Shown one piece after another: positions 1 to 14,473 of a stretch of 64,000 bases of DNA. Location of the stretch: assembly GCA_951406725.2 (NCBI GenBank), contig OX597822.1:105338001-105402000 (forward strand), in the 5' to 3' direction. The translations under genes and the position numbers were made by a program. Positions within the stretch are counted from its first letter, which is position 1, and every line of letters begins with the position of its first letter. The DNA is from Octopus vulgaris. Its lineage: Eukaryota. The notes under the pieces were generated by a model. The model saw nothing but the letters and a program-made list of their open reading frames with translations. It made no database searches and had not been told where the DNA came from.

Positions 1-1470
1 CTGTTTGAAGAGATGCAACAAAGGAGAAATGTAATAATGATTGAAGATTATAAACGTGCAGTTTGTTTTTGCTTTCCATCTATGGATTCTATAAACATGG
101 CATTACAAAACTGTGGAAAATAATTTCCGAATCTATATTGATAAAATATAAAAAAAAAAAAAAAAAAGATCATACAAGTAAACAAATATTCAATACATTA
201 TTAATTTCACTTATCAGTAAATTCTTTATGACTTAAGTTACCAATAAAAAAAAAAATAAAAAAAATGTCTAGTGCGACTGATGTCTAGCTGAGCTTTGAA
301 ACGAAGGAATAATAATAAAATTCGTATTTTCTTTCATCTATAACCAAAAAAAAATATATTTTGCAAACATCTGAATTACAAATCACTTTTTATAACAATC
401 CCAAAAGGAACTCATTGCGATATAATATTCCTTGATGTTTGATCAAAGAACATTTGCAAATCAAGCGGCAAATCTGTATTTCAACGGATTATCCTAATCT
501 GTTGTTTTAGAAGACAGATGCTGTAAGTACATTAGGATTAATACATAAGATTTCTTATCATAAATACACAGTAGCGTAGGAACAGTTTATCCGATTTAGC
601 CAGTGGTTTGTTTCTGTGTACACATACGCAGCAGTAATATCGTCTCTGTATTTGTCGAAGATAAGGAAATCTAAAATATCAACACTATACAAAGCGATAT
701 ATTAACTACTAATATTTCTATATGGATAACGAAATTGGATGAGTCTAGTTCAAAAGGAAATTGTGGTTGCAAACTAATAAAAATCATTGCAAACATCTGT
801 TGTGTATCACACCAATATTTGAGATTCACAAGAAATACAATAGATAAATGATTAAACTATAAAACGATAAGAATGAATAAAAAAAAAAAAGGATGGAATG
901 CATTATATGATTTGTAAAGCAATTGTTCAAAAGTTCGCCCTAATATACAATATTACTTCCTATCTCTCGGACTTCAGATATCGTCTAGAAACCTACAGGA
1001 AATCAATCAATGAATAAATCCCAGCATGCTTAATCTGCAGATACGAAAATGATGTTATCATCGAAGCAAAGTATACAAAGTAGATTATAAACTAGATCGT
1101 TAAAATTCCACTTACTTCTAAAGCAATCTCCATTTATTTCAAACAAGGCGGATAGTTACCAAATATACAAATAGATTGAAACAGTAGCGCCATCTCTGAA
1201 TACACAACACATATGACAAATATCGGTTAAAGCTGCCTTGTCTATAAAATAATATTCTCGAAATAACTTTATGCCGAGGATATGTTGTTATATTAACCCC
1301 ACTAGGCACAGTTCACTGAAAAAAAAATTGTTATTCGATTACCTCGAAGCATATTTCTATAAATGAATTATACGGAATATATTTACAGTTCTCTACAAAA
1401 TAATATTAACAGTCCTCAGTGAACGGAACATGGAAATTATTTTGTTAAAAAAAATATAGAGCTTTAATAT

Positions 1471-1766
1471 GGAAGCACTCCGTCGGTTACGACGACGAGG
1501 GTTCCGGTTGATCCGAATCAACGGAACAGCCTGCTCGTGAAATTAACGTGTAAGTGGCTGAGCACTCCACAGACACGTGTACCCTTAACGTAGTTCTCGG
1601 GGATATTCAGCGTGACACAGAGAGTGACAAGGCCGGCCCTTTGAAATACAGGTACAACAGAAGCAGGAAGTAAGAGTGAGAGAAAGTTGTGGTGAAAGAG
1701 TACAGCAGGGATCACCACCATCCCCTGCCGGAGCCTCGTGGAACTTTTAGGTGTTTTCGCTCAATA
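1471..1766 (-). mobile_element. SINE A1, 5'-truncated
   Basis: Body matches A1 but the tRNA head is missing. TSD AGAGCTTTAATAT. Confidence 0.9.
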
Positions 1767-2447
1767 AGAGCTTTAATATACACCATTTTGAGAAGCTTCC
1801 AGATTGACAAGAAAGCAAAGTCAGGAGTGTTGTATGTGGTTGCATAAGCGGGAAAAATAGCAGCCAAATCATCTTTAAGGTGCATTCTTAAAATAGAACA
1901 CATTAGATAATGTATTTTAGAGACCCCTGGAAGAGCATCACGTCAACGTAAGAGCTGACGAGGAAGTCTTCTATATTGGCCGTCAAACCTTTAAAATAAC
2001 AATAATCTTAAACGAGAATATCATCTCTTAGATACTACTGAAGGAGTGGCAGGTTGAGAAGAAACGACAGGGATGTGAGGGCTTCTATGTGGCCACACAG
2101 TCTGCTAAAAATAGCAGTCAAGACATTCTTAAATCTAAAAATAGGAGGGCATTTGAGACGGTAATATACCATATATTTCTCTGAAAGATTTGCCGTATAA
2201 ATATATATAGGATAATTGCAACTTGAATGAATTTGATCCTTGACTTCCTTGTTCAGGTTACAGCTGGGGCTGAATATAAGTAACAGCAATTTAGTAAATT
2301 ACTTATACAGGAACAGTTGCAGCCGTGGCAGTATTGATTCCGGAACCAAGTCATTGCGGTTCTGGGTTACTTACTGCTGGCTTTAGGTATATATTTTCTA
2401 CAATGAAGTACTCCATCATCATCATCATCCTATTTCTGTGTTTATGT

Positions 2448-2486
<39 letters not shown>

Positions 2487-2495
<9 letters not shown>

Positions 2496-2866
2496 ATTTC
2501 GGGACGGTCATGTTGCCAGTTTAATCAATAAAAACACGCGCACTATATATTTGGTGTTCATTTGCTTCAGCTTTATTTTATATTAATCGCATTTCGGCCA
2601 GAGTTCTTTTGTCACACTTCTGTGGCCTCATCAGTGGTTCTTTGCTTTCTTCTTTCTTTTTTGTGCTTGATCATTAGTAAGGAATGACACACAATAAAGA
2701 AAGAAGAAAGCAAAGACTACTGATGAGGTCACAGAAGAGTGACGAAACAACTCTGGCCGAAATGCGATTAATATAAAATAAACTGAAACAAATGACCAAC
2801 AAATATATAGTGCGTGTGATTTTATTGACTAAACTAGCAACATGGCCATCCGCAAATACTACAATA
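2487..2866. mobile_element. Older head-to-head palindromic element (~185 bp diverged arms) with hammerhead-like cores
   Basis: 2487-2675 versus 2682-2866 form an imperfect inverted repeat. CTGATGA-GG(T/C)CA..TGGCC-GAAA occurs at 2720-2762 (+) and 2592-2634 (-), with helices I and III decayed. The left end abuts (TA)n. Confidence 0.7.
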
Positions 2867-2968
2867 TTTGATTCAACACACAAATTCACACCAAGAATCT
2901 TGCAAAAGGAATATAGAAACATGTGAGTGTGTATGTATATATACATATATATATATATACATATATAT

Positions 2969-3026
<58 letters not shown>

Positions 3027-3639
3027 GACTGGCCTCTTTCAGTTTGTGTCTAGCAAATCCACTCACAAGGCTTTGCCCAAGCTGCCACACATGGAGCCGA
3101 ACCCAGAACTATTCAGTTTGGAAGTAAGCAACGTACCACACAGACGCTCATACAGACACTTCGTGTTTTAATTTACTTTCTGATTTGCAACGGCGTGGCA
3201 CATCATCAAATAGTTTTCATATTATTTGCACTGTTCGTATATAGAAATAAACCAGGAATTCAGTTCGTCTTCGGTTCGACCAAAGTGTGCGGTGTTTATA
3301 AACCAGAATAACAGCGAAATATCAATATCTTGGATACAATCGGAGGCGAGTTCTCTTGCATGGTCTATAACTTTCAAGTGTTTAAACACCCAGCCTTATT
3401 ACAAAGCCTCTCTAAATGATATCTCGCAGCAAGTTCGGTGAGTGTATATATAAATATATATATATATCATATATGAATTATTATTATTACTTGCAAGTCA
3501 ATGTTAACTAGGAGTTCGTAACAAGCTATAATTTTAATGCCGCTACACTGATGCTGTAAGGACACAACGCTACCTTATGGCTATGAGCCCAACACTCTAG
3601 CCAAAAGACCACCTACATTCACTGAGTATCTTTGTATAC

Positions 3640-3905
3640 GTACATAATGCATCCACCCATGTACATACATATATACATACATACATACATATATACATAT
3701 ATGCATACATACATGCATGCATACATACATATATACATACATACATACATGCATACATACATACATACATTCATACATACATCCATCCATACATACATTC
3801 ATACATACATACATACACACATACATACATACATACATATATACATACATACATACATGCATACATACATACATGCATACATACATATATACAAACATGC
3901 ATACA

Positions 3906-3939
<34 letters not shown>

Positions 3940-4153
3940 CATACATACATACATGCATACATACATACATGCATACATACATATATACAAACATGCATAC
4001 ATACATACAAACATACATACATACATACACACATACATACATACATACATATATACATACATATATACATACATATATACATACATATATACATACATAC
4101 ATACATGCATACATACATACATGCATACATACATATATACAAACATGCATACA

Positions 4154-4189
<36 letters not shown>

Positions 4190-4351
4190 CAAACATGCAT
4201 ACACACATGCATACATACATACATACATATATACAAACATACATACATACATACATTCATACATACATACATACGTACATACATACATTCATACATACAT
4301 TCATACATATATACAAACATACATACATACATACATACATACATACATACA

Positions 4352-4386
<35 letters not shown>
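3640..4386. repeat. (TACA)n compound microsatellite
   Basis: Read directly. Recurrent ACAAACATGC variants indicate higher-order duplication. Confidence 0.95.
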
Positions 4387-4387
<1 letters not shown>

Positions 4388-4459
4388 GCTTAGTTATCTC
4401 TCAGGCACATCTGTACTTTGTTTTACACGGGTCTGCGGAAATACAGACACTAATACTTG

Positions 4460-4785
4460 TGTGTATGTATATATGTGTGGTTGTATATATGTGTGGTTGT
4501 GTATATGTGTGGTTGTATATATGTGTGGTTGTATATATGTGTGGTTGTGTATATGTGTGGTTGTGTATATGTGTGGTTGTGTATATGTGTGGTTGTATAT
4601 ATGTGTAGTTGTGTATATGTGTGGTTGTGTATATGTGTGGTTGTGTATATGTGTGGTTGTGTATATGTGTGGTTGTGTATATGTGTGGTTGTGTATATGT
4701 GTGGTTGTATATATGTGTGGTTGTGTATATGTGTGGTTGTGTATATGTGTGGTTGTGTATATGTGTGGTTGTGTGTATGTGTGTG
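4460..4785. repeat. 16 bp minisatellite (ATATGTGTGGTTGTRT)n
   Basis: About 19 tandem units. Confidence 0.95.
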
Positions 4786-5551
4786 AGCGCTTCTACTTAC
4801 TTATCTTTATGCGCATTGGTATAAAATGAGGCATCGATTTCCGTGAATGGTATCTTAGAAATTCCATACACAGTGATCATTAAAATACGTACCAGGCTGA
4901 AATACTTGCTGGAATCAATAATGATGAACTAAAGTGGTCTGAAGTTGGTGTCCCAGCATGGCCATAGTAAGTGAAATGACTGAAACGATAAAAGGGAATG
5001 AAAGAAGAAAATTAAATAAAACAAGCAGTGAAATATTTCAGTCTTGAAAATACAGAAGACTCACTGATGTAGCCACAGGAAGATTGGGCGGCAGCTGATT
5101 ATTGACCAGTAGTTCCTTGATTAGTAAATTCATCGACAGCCAATTGGTTGATTAATGTATCCATCGATGGAAAATTATCAATCAATAACATGATTTTAAA
5201 TAAGGCTTAGCAACATCAAATATAAACACTTATTACTCACAAAATTGATTTTCAAATTATGAAATTACTGATGAAATTTTAAAAGAATTTCTAAATTGAA
5301 TTAATATGAGGCAATATTCTTAAGTGTAGAACGATAGACACGTTGGGTTCGGGGTTCGCAACCATCCTTTTCTTCATCCAGCATAGTCAAGATATTTTCA
5401 TCTTTTTAAAGGAGGTTCTTACTAATCGGGGAAATAATGGTTGGTGAATTATTGTCGGTGCAATACCACTATAAACGACAGTCGGGGATTTCCGTTGGTA
5501 AAATGTTTCGCGCTCACACTATTACCTACCTTAGTTTATTGGGCTATTAAT

Positions 5552-5940
5552 GTGGAATGGAAGCACTCCGTCGGTTACGACGACGAGGGTTCCGGTTGAT
5601 CCGAATCAACGGAACAACCTGCTCGTGAAATTAACGTGTAAGTGGCTGAGCACTCCACAGACACGTGTAACCTTAACGTAGTTCTCGGGGAGATTCAGCG
5701 TGACACAGAGAGTGACAAGGCCGGCCCTTTGAAATACGGGTACAACAGAAACAGGAGGTAAGAGTGAGAGAAAGTTGTGGTGAAAGAGTACAGCAGGGAT
5801 CACCACCATCCCCTGCCGGAGGCTCGTGGAACTTTAGGTGTTTTCGCTGAATAAACACTCACAACGCCCGGTCTGGGAATCGAAACCGCGATCCTATGAC
5901 CGCGAGTCCGCTTCCCTAACCACTGGGTCATTGCGCCTCC
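5552..5940 (-). mobile_element. SINE A1, full length
   Basis: Near-identical to 32923-33302. TSD TGGGCTATTAAT. Confidence 0.9.
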
Positions 5941-6117
5941 TGGGCTATTAATAGCAGGGCGGTAAATCATTGCCTTCGTGGATTATGTCTAAAGAAAATC
6001 GAAACATTCGAATTCTTCCACTGTAGATTTCCTCTGTCGTTTGGTTTAATTAATATGACCCGTGGATACATTTCGTGCAGGTAATCAGTCAGGTTGACAA
6101 ATTCAGAACAAGTTTCT

Positions 6118-6350
6118 TATTTCTTTATTGCCCACAAGGGGCTAAACATAGAGGGGACAAACAAGGGCAGACAAACGGATGAAGTCGATTATATCGACCC
6201 CAGTGCGTAACTGGTACTTATTTAATCGACCCCGAAAGGATGACAGGTGAAGTCAACCTCGGCGGAATTTGAACTCAGAACGTAGCGGAAGACGAAACGC
6301 CGCTAAGCATTTCGGCCGGCGTGCTAACGTTTCTGCCAGTTCACCACCTT
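6118..6350 (-). mobile_element. SINE C
   Basis: Full-length match with an imperfect ~19 bp TSD, AAATTYAGAACAASTTTC. Confidence 0.88.
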
Positions 6351-6368
6351 AAATTTAGAACAACTTTC

Positions 6369-6779
6369 GGATCTTTTCGGTTTGAACGGCAGTTTTTTCT
6401 TGCGGTGTGATATGAAATTGTCACCCATAATTATGACCCTAGTATCGATCTATTGCATTTCAATCTATTTTAGGGTTAGGGTTAGGGGTAAGGGTAAGGG
6501 TATCTTTTTGTAAAATGTAAATAAACTCAATCTGTTTCTTAAAGGAGGGACATATTTATACGGCACAGAATGTTGTTTACTTCAATGGACGTCAGTGATT
6601 GGTTGAAATTGTAGAAATTGAAGAAAAAAACAACAAATATCTTACAAACTATAGAATTTTCTCAATAAAGGCAAGAGAAAAAGATGATTTATAAACACAT
6701 TCTACCAGTATACGAAGTTTAAAATTTTTTAGTTACCTAGAAATTATGTTAAAAACTGCCGTTGAAACCTAAAAGATCC
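6369..6779. mobile_element. MITE with GGATCTTTTCGGTTTGAACGGCAG TIRs and internal TTAGGG repeats (Merlin-like)
   Basis: TIRs of about 29 bp, TSD (C)AACTTTC, and TTAGGG-like units at about 6470-6500. Confidence 0.82.
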
Positions 6780-7699
6780 AACTTTCTAGTCTGTGTATAA
6801 CGGTATGACCACTTCATTGCAGATTCTGTTTTCCATAGAAAATTTAGAAACCTTACAAAGAAGGGAAAGAAAAAGGGGTAATGTGAGCAGTCCTTATTCC
6901 ACGGAGAGATCTGTACCAAGCATAATGGCCATTGAAGTTGTACGTTAGCCCTGAGCAAAATGCAGCCCGCCGCCCTTTCTGAATAGCATGCCCAAGGAAA
7001 AATATTTACAATTTCTTAGTGATGCAGTGTCTGAAGCTGAGTTATGTCTCATGCGGCCCATTCCTTGACAAAGGTTGTCCATACCTTTATACACAAACAC
7101 TGGTAACATCGCTAATGTTTGGTCATTTGCAAATTAGTGAGACAGTAGTGTTCAGATCGACTCTGATTGATCAAGACTATTATTAATGCCGTTCACGTTA
7201 TTTGTCAGACACAAGGTATCTAGGACCACATTATCAAATTACTCCATTGTATTTTTACGTTGTTAACACTGAAAATAAAACTTTGTAGTTCTTTGAAAGG
7301 AAAAGTCTGATTCCACCGTTATTTGGAAGTAAATTGGAGTGCATTAAGGTGCCATTGGATAGTGGATTATGCTGTCTTTAATTTTAACTAGAGTAGATGA
7401 ATAACATTACAGTTTTTTTTGTATGAGACGTAGCGTTGGCTGGACTACATAATAATCCTATGTTTCTGGAGTTTCTTCCAATTTTTTTTCATTTTCTAAT
7501 TTTGAAGTGAGTGGACAACAACTATAAAAGATAAACATACACGTATACAGACGAACACGAACACACACGCATACTCCACTATATATTTGAGTGCGTGGTG
7601 CGATATTTGAGTGTGTGCGTGGTATGATGCGTGTGTGTGAGCCAGTGCTCTATCTTCCTAGAAATAGAACACCACATCTCCGAATTGTTCTTCAATGCT

Positions 7700-8320
7700 T
7701 GGCATTAAAGACAGTCGTAGTGAGTTCAAGCAAATGGGGCCAGTCACAGGACAGTAACAAAAACGAATGCTCCACTTAATCCATTTGATAATCCGCATCA
7801 TACTCTAACTCCAAGCAAATTAACATGATATTCCTCCTTAATATTTGAATTCTTGTAGCGGTTAATCGAATCATTTAATTTAGATATAGTCTCCTCATTC
7901 TAAACAACATTTGTTGAAAAATGTGCATATTCTGCACATTTCATGAAGTATTATTCGCAAAACTGCACTCTTTGGTCCGAATCGCGTCTCTATTGACAAT
8001 TATGGGAATGTAAATTTTCCAATGACAGTGCTTCAGAATGGAATAAAAATTTGATTTTGAAATCCCTATCTCACAAGTTGTTTGCCGCATACATTTACTT
8101 GAAGTCCTACAATTAGTTTCTTGTGCCATTTCTTGCTAAGTCTGGCTCGTCGGTGGTTGCGATTTTCTGGAACATTCTTTGAGGACGTCTTCAAATCTCT
8201 CTCTAATTTGCTTGCTGGTAAATCACATAGGGGATTCTGTTTGAAAATCGCTCCTAAACTGTCTTGAACTTCAACTGCATTTTCAAATAATCAGTAGCAA
8301 CTTATGACAAGATTCAGATC
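7700..8320 (-). pseudogene. Decayed Tc1/mariner-superfamily transposase (DUF4817-type N-terminus)
   Basis: Frameshifted translation gives FENAVEVQ/RQFRSDFQTESP, TSSKCMRQTTCEIGISKSNFYSILKHCHWKIYIP, NEETISKLNDSINR and HVNLLGVRV*CGLS. These resemble the HTH, the SDEATFKLNG and the VWCG motifs. Confidence 0.8.
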
Positions 8321-8758
8321 AAGTTGGTTACTCAGGAAACACCTTAACCACAAAGCTGAACCATTCTTCAGATAAGATAAAACTAAATAACACATGCGGG
8401 GTAAACACAGCGGTATTCTATAAATCTACTCGTGCCTTGTTCTTATAAAATAAAATCCATGTCTTAAAGCGTTGGATGAACTTTGTAAATTAGTGAACAT
8501 CTTTTGTGATGGAATGTAACAGTGAGTAAAGCTCTATTAGGGATAGAAGCAGTTAGTACTGAGGGCGCGGCATCTCTTCGATGGCTACTGTTAGGGAAAT
8601 TGTAGGGGATATCGAAATGATGTAGTTAGTTAGTTAGATAGTTAATGTATTTCTGAGGGAGTGGTACATGCGTGTGTGGCTGTGTACGTATGTGTATTAA
8701 TATACGTATGAGTCTGTATATATAAACATGTGTATATAGGGAGTATTTTTTTGTCTGA

Positions 8759-8881
<123 letters not shown>

Positions 8882-8964
8882 TGTGTATGTGTGAGTAAGC
8901 GTGACTGTGAATCCAACATTTATTTATTGTATTGCTCTTTTTAAATCCCAGGGCAACACTAAGT

Positions 8965-9130
8965 GGAGGCATATGGCCTAGTAGTTAGAGCAGCGGACTC
9001 ACGGTCGGGGGATCGCGGATTCGAATCTCAGACCGGGCGATGTGTGTGTTTATGAGCGAAACACCTCAGCTGCATGCTCACTCTTTTCCTCCTGCATCTT
9101 GCAGCTCACCTGCAATGGACTGGCGTCCCT
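8965..9130 (+). mobile_element. SINE A-related head with CTGCAATGGACTGGCGTCCC central motif, partial
   Basis: tRNA-like head followed by a motif shared with SINE D. Confidence 0.65.
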
Positions 9131-9474
9131 TCTCAGCGAATTCGACTCAACAGTGCTGTTGAAAATTTTCCTTCGCAACCATGTTCTTTCGAGTTGGGCA
9201 CCGTTACTCAGGTGGCTTGTGTAAGTGTCTTCCAGAGAGAGAGAGAGAGAGAGGGAGAGGGAAGACAGAGATGTAGCATTTAATACATACAGGAGTTAAA
9301 CTCAAGATGTGAGGAATGCGAGAAGAAAATTGAGTGTCTTTCATAAAACTTTAGTTTTCGTTATATCCTTCTTTTTGAAATGCATTGAACATTTTTTTGA
9401 TGATTCCACAACGATGCAAACAGTAGAATATGCATACATACATACGTACGTACTTACATATATGTAAACACACG

Positions 9475-9700
9475 CGGCGAGCTAGCAGAGTCGTTAGCAC
9501 GCCGAGTGAAATGCTTAGCAGTATTTCGTCTGTCGTTACGTTCTGAGTTCAAATTCCGCCTAGGTCGACTTTGCCTTTCATCCTTTCGGGGTCGATTAAA
9601 TAAGTACCAGTTACGCACTGGGATCGATGTAATCGACTTTATCCCTTTGTGTGTCCTTGTTTGTACCTTCTGTGTTTGCCCCCCGTGGGCAATAAAATAT
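9475..9700 (+). mobile_element. SINE C
   Basis: Full-length match. Confidence 0.88.
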
Positions 9701-9793
9701 ATATATATAGGGAGAGTTTACGAAAAAACAAAAGACGAAGACAGGTGGTGTAGAAAACAAACAGATGTATTAGTATAATAGAAAATAGAAAAA

Positions 9794-9844
9794 GTCTTTT
9801 ACGTATTTTACGTTTCGAGCCTAGGCTCTTCTACAGAAAGGGAC
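9794..9844 (-). ncRNA. Degenerate hammerhead-like motif
   Basis: UUU-CUGUAGA-A-GAGC(CUAG)GCUC-GAAA-CG-UA^-AAA. A6 is substituted, and a 9 nt duplication splits the outer helix I (GUC/GAC). The insert (about 9709-9930) begins at a short (TA)n. Confidence 0.5.
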
Positions 9845-10945
9845 ACGGGAAAAAAAGGAGAGAAATAAGGAGAGAAAAAAAGTAAAGAAAAAAATGTGTG
9901 TAGTGGCTAACGATCTATCATGGCGTCTGACTCACACACACACACACATATGTCTCAACACTTATTGGCAACTGGCTTTGTTTTGTCTAAGTCCCCATAA
10001 CCTAGCTGTGCGACAACATGGCAGACTGGGATTGATTTGTCAACGGAAAACCTCAAGGCTTCAGGCGTGCCTGAAACAGGATATAAGAATAAAAGAAGAG
10101 AGCATAAAATATTTTTCGGACGTATTATTGTACTAAAGCTTGCTCTAATAAATAATAAATGACTACTTACATCGATAAACTCCAAACATGTCCAACTGCA
10201 TGTATAGCTACTTATTTTATCATCGAATATAATAAATGATGTAGAAGGAAATCCCTTGTAAGAATAAACAATGGAATTGTTATACCAACGTTGAGATTTC
10301 AGCTCATTGCCACAAAAGATGCTAGTGCTAATCCAAAATCTCTGAGGATAACGTTTTCAGCTTGGCAGAGCATCAACAATTCTTTTTATTGTTATAAAAG
10401 GAAACATGAAAACAGAAATGCGAATACCACTTGAGATTTACAGCGAATGCTTTCTATTATTCGGAGCAATGAACGTGAAAAGAAAATAATATTCGTTATT
10501 TACAATCTGTCATTGCAGAATAAGTTGAATAAAGAAACAATGAAGTAAATCTGTTCATACGATAGACGAAGTAGAGGCTATAATCATAACTAGCAAACTA
10601 AATCTATAATATTTTTCTAGCTTTTTTCTTTTTTAAATTAATGTTTTTTTTTTTTTTTCCTGAGCTTCATTATATTATATGGAAAATTGTCATCGTTGTT
10701 TCAAGAACACTGAAGCGATTAAATATTTACGCAAAAGGAATTATTTCGTGATTCATTTAATTATACATATCTCCAAACATACTCGCATACATACCGACAT
10801 ACATATTTATATATATGTATATATATTTATGTATAAGTATGTGTACATATACATATCTATATGTATAAATATATATATATGTGTGTGCGTATATGTATGT
10901 GTATATGTATGAATGTATGCATGTGTGTATACATATATACATGCA

Positions 10946-11003
<58 letters not shown>

Positions 11004-11088
11004 TGTATGCATGTATATATATATATATATATATATATATCTATATATATACATACATACATACATACATACATACATACATACATGG

Positions 11089-11121
<33 letters not shown>

Positions 11122-11504
11122 CATGAACGCATATGTATGTGTGTGTCTGCCTCAGTGTGTGGGGTTGGGTGGGGGTAATATATATAATGCGATTATTTTA
11201 GTTCCTGCAGCGTGAAGCAATTTAAAGACTTGTCTGTCCATCTCTCTTATTTTATTGTTCCTTTAATCACAGATAAATTTTTTCAAAGAAATGTCTGGGA
11301 AATATTCCAATTGTAAGTCAAGATAATGAGAGCTAAAATATTATGCCAAGCATTCAGCCAAATAAAATAGCGAAACGGAGTATTTTCTCTCTCTCTCTTT
11401 TTTTTCTTCTTTTTATCAATACTGAAGTGTGTGAGATCGAACTCGGGAAAGCAATGGTTCATACTTGTGTATTGTCATTCCCAGTTCCCCCATCTCGACT
11501 GTGT

Positions 11505-11924
11505 TTATTCTTTTATTCTTTTACTTGTTTCAGTCATTTGACTGTAGCCATGCTGGAGCACCGCCTTTAGTCGAACAAATCGACCCCAGGACTTATTCTT
11601 TGTAAGCCTAGTACTTGTTCTATCGGTGTCTTTTGCCGAACCGCTAAGTGACAGGGACGTAAACACACCAGCATCGGTTGTCAAGTGATGATGGGTGGGG
11701 GGGACAGACACAGACACACAAACATAGACACATACACACACATATATATATACATATATACGACGGGCTTCTTTCAGTTTCCGTCTACCAAATCCACTCA
11801 CAAGGCTTTGGTCGCCCGCGGCTATAGTAGAAGACACTTGCCCAAGGTGCCACGCAGTGGGACTGAACCTGGAACCATGTGGCTGGTAAGCAAGCTACTT
11901 AACACACAGCCACTCTTGCGCCTA
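11505..11924 (-). mobile_element. SINE B
   Basis: Full-length match to 14059-14473. Confidence 0.9.
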
Positions 11925-12241
11925 TGTCAAAAAATATTTGAAGACAAAAAATATTTTGTATGTTAACATATTCAATTAAATACTGAAAACGATTGCCAAG
12001 CTAATGGAAGATGGCAGCGTTTTCGATTATTTATAAATGATTCACCACTTCGCGGGACTGAACGTAGTATTAGTTAAGTGAACATGCAATATGAAAGGCA
12101 AAGGATCTTGAAATCCCAATGAATCCGTGATCATCGCGATAAAACTTTATAGAAATTTTCTTAATACACTAATGTTTGAATGCATGCAGTTTATGAAGAT
12201 AAATTCGTATATATAAGTCTATATATTTGGTATACTGCGTG

Positions 12242-12382
<141 letters not shown>

Positions 12383-14058
12383 GTGTGTATGTCCATTTGT
12401 CTGTCTGCCTATCTGCCTGTTTTTCAGTGTATCTCTCTGTCTATCTATTTCTGCATATACACACATATGCACACATAGAGGCGTATATGTTTATTTATGT
12501 ATATAATTTGCTGGAGTGCCACCTCGGAGATTTTTCGTTGAACAAATTGACCGCTATTCCTGAATGAATAAATTGTGTGTGTGTGTGTATGTCTGTGTGT
12601 GTGCGTTGTGTAATTATATCAATTCAGGAAAATAGAAGCCAATTCAATGTTACGCACTTTCGGATAATGAACGTCATTTATTTCATATTACGCACGAAGT
12701 TATACAATTCGCATAATAAATGCGTTCATTCACATCCTTAGACACCTTTCAATCACAATTAATGTATGGAATAAACCTGCTGTGGGCGTTGAATTTTCAC
12801 CTCTTCATAAGCGTGTCATCATCAAGACAAAGTGACGAAATGTATATAATTTCTCATTGTGTCAACTCCCTAATATATTATCTGTCAGACAATACATAAA
12901 GCACTTATTTCAGATTAAGATAAATAAAATACCTCCTACATAGAGACTAAATTACCTAACATATTTTACGTCCCTGGATAGAAACCCCCTTACATGAAAC
13001 AGACACGGGAAGATATTTAACAAGTACACAATTAAAATTTCGTATTCTACTATCCAAATGCTGCTAATTACACAGCTGCTATTAATAAGAGAAAATTGGG
13101 TAATTTATTTACGAATGATATAGAGTAGCACAATATTTCTAATTGTGATCCTAATTCGAGCACCGTGAATTTAGACTTGGAGGGTATAAGTAACAATGTG
13201 GATAATAAAGTTCCTAAATATTTGCATTAAATTATCACACCTAATCAGCCTTTATTGATTTGATCACTAATTTAACTACATTTGTGCTAATTAGGAAATT
13301 GTTGGAGATATGGGAATAGTAGAAGTAATATCTACATTATGAACACTATTGTTGATTGCAAAAATGAAGGAGTTACAGCATTCTTGTGTAGTAACTCTAA
13401 TTTTCCAACGGGTAAGCATAGTGTGTGACAACAATCGAATGGTTAGAACAAGTGAACATTGCTCTGATTTAAATACTAATAACATATCTAGGCGTATGGA
13501 CAACAACACTATTCCACTAATCTTAGGTACAGTGCATCAGCGAGAGACTTTCGCATGTGTAATTGTAGGAGATCGGTTGAATGTCTCATGGAAAATAAGT
13601 ATCTTATCGATAATGTAATGTGTACGGTCTACGTCCTGAACGGGATATAATTACAGCGACGCGTCTCCAGAGAACTTAAAGGTTAGATTATGCAATCATT
13701 TGCATAATTTTAGGACAGAGATTAAAAGTAACCACTCGGCAGTATCTAAGCAACAAGTAAGGAATATTCGATCTCTTGGTCGATTGTTAGGTACGCCATG
13801 CGATATATGAGATCTGGCGGCTATTACACATTGTGCAGTACTGAGGTGCTTGCTAAAATGAACAGCAGGGGTATCACCATAAAAAGATTTGATGAGAGTA
13901 TTATTAGATGCCCGCATTTTATAGAGAACATTTCTATATAATGCCTCCTCTTAACGAATTTGCTTATTTATCTTACCTAGTACTGATATTAGGTTTAATT
14001 TGGGCGGTTGATTAAAGTTTCTCTCTTTAACTATTTATTCGCTTCACGAAATATATAC

Positions 14059-14473
14059 TAGGCGCAGGAGTGGCTGTGTGGTAAGTAGCTTGCTAACCAA
14101 CCACATGGTTCCGGGTTCAGTCCCACTACGTGGCATCTTGGGCAAGTGCCTTCTGCTATAGCCCCGGGCCGACCAATGCCTTGTGAGTGGATTTGGTAGA
14201 CGGAAACTGAAAGAAGCCTGTCGTATGTATATATATATATATATGTGTATGTATGTGTGTGTGTGTGTGTGTCTGTGTTTGTCCTCCTAGCATTGTTTGA
14301 CAACCGATTGTGGTGTGTTTACGTCCCCGTAACTTAGCGGTTCGGCAAAAGAGACCGATAAAATAAGTACTGGGCTTACAAAGAATAAGTCCCGGGTCGA
14401 TTTGCTCGACTAAAGGCGGTACTCCAGCATGGCCGCAGTCAAATGACTGAAACAAGTAAAAGAGTAAAAGAGT
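14059..14473 (+). mobile_element. SINE family B with internal microsatellite, full length
   Basis: Head GGCGCAGGAGTGGCTGTGTGG..GGTTCAGTCCC, internal (TA)/(TG) block, and GTAAAAGA tail repeats. Confidence 0.9.

Noticed and set aside
1518-1721. 67 aa ORF repeated at 5606 and 33060
   Set aside because: It recurs only because it lies inside SINE A1.
4460-4785. Regular repeat array as CRISPR
   Set aside because: No unique spacers; it is a eukaryotic minisatellite.
3581-4829. Long ORFs (up to 253 aa) rich in Y/I/H/T/M/V/C, and similar ones at 10.7k, 16k, 34.7k and 48.6k
   Set aside because: These are stop-free translations of microsatellites, not genes.
5268-5296. CTGATGA followed by an AATT hairpin
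   Set aside because: No GAAA, helix III or helix I; chance match in AT-rich DNA.
6470-6500. Telomeric repeats as a chromosome end or fusion scar
   Set aside because: They are internal to a MITE and present in both copies.
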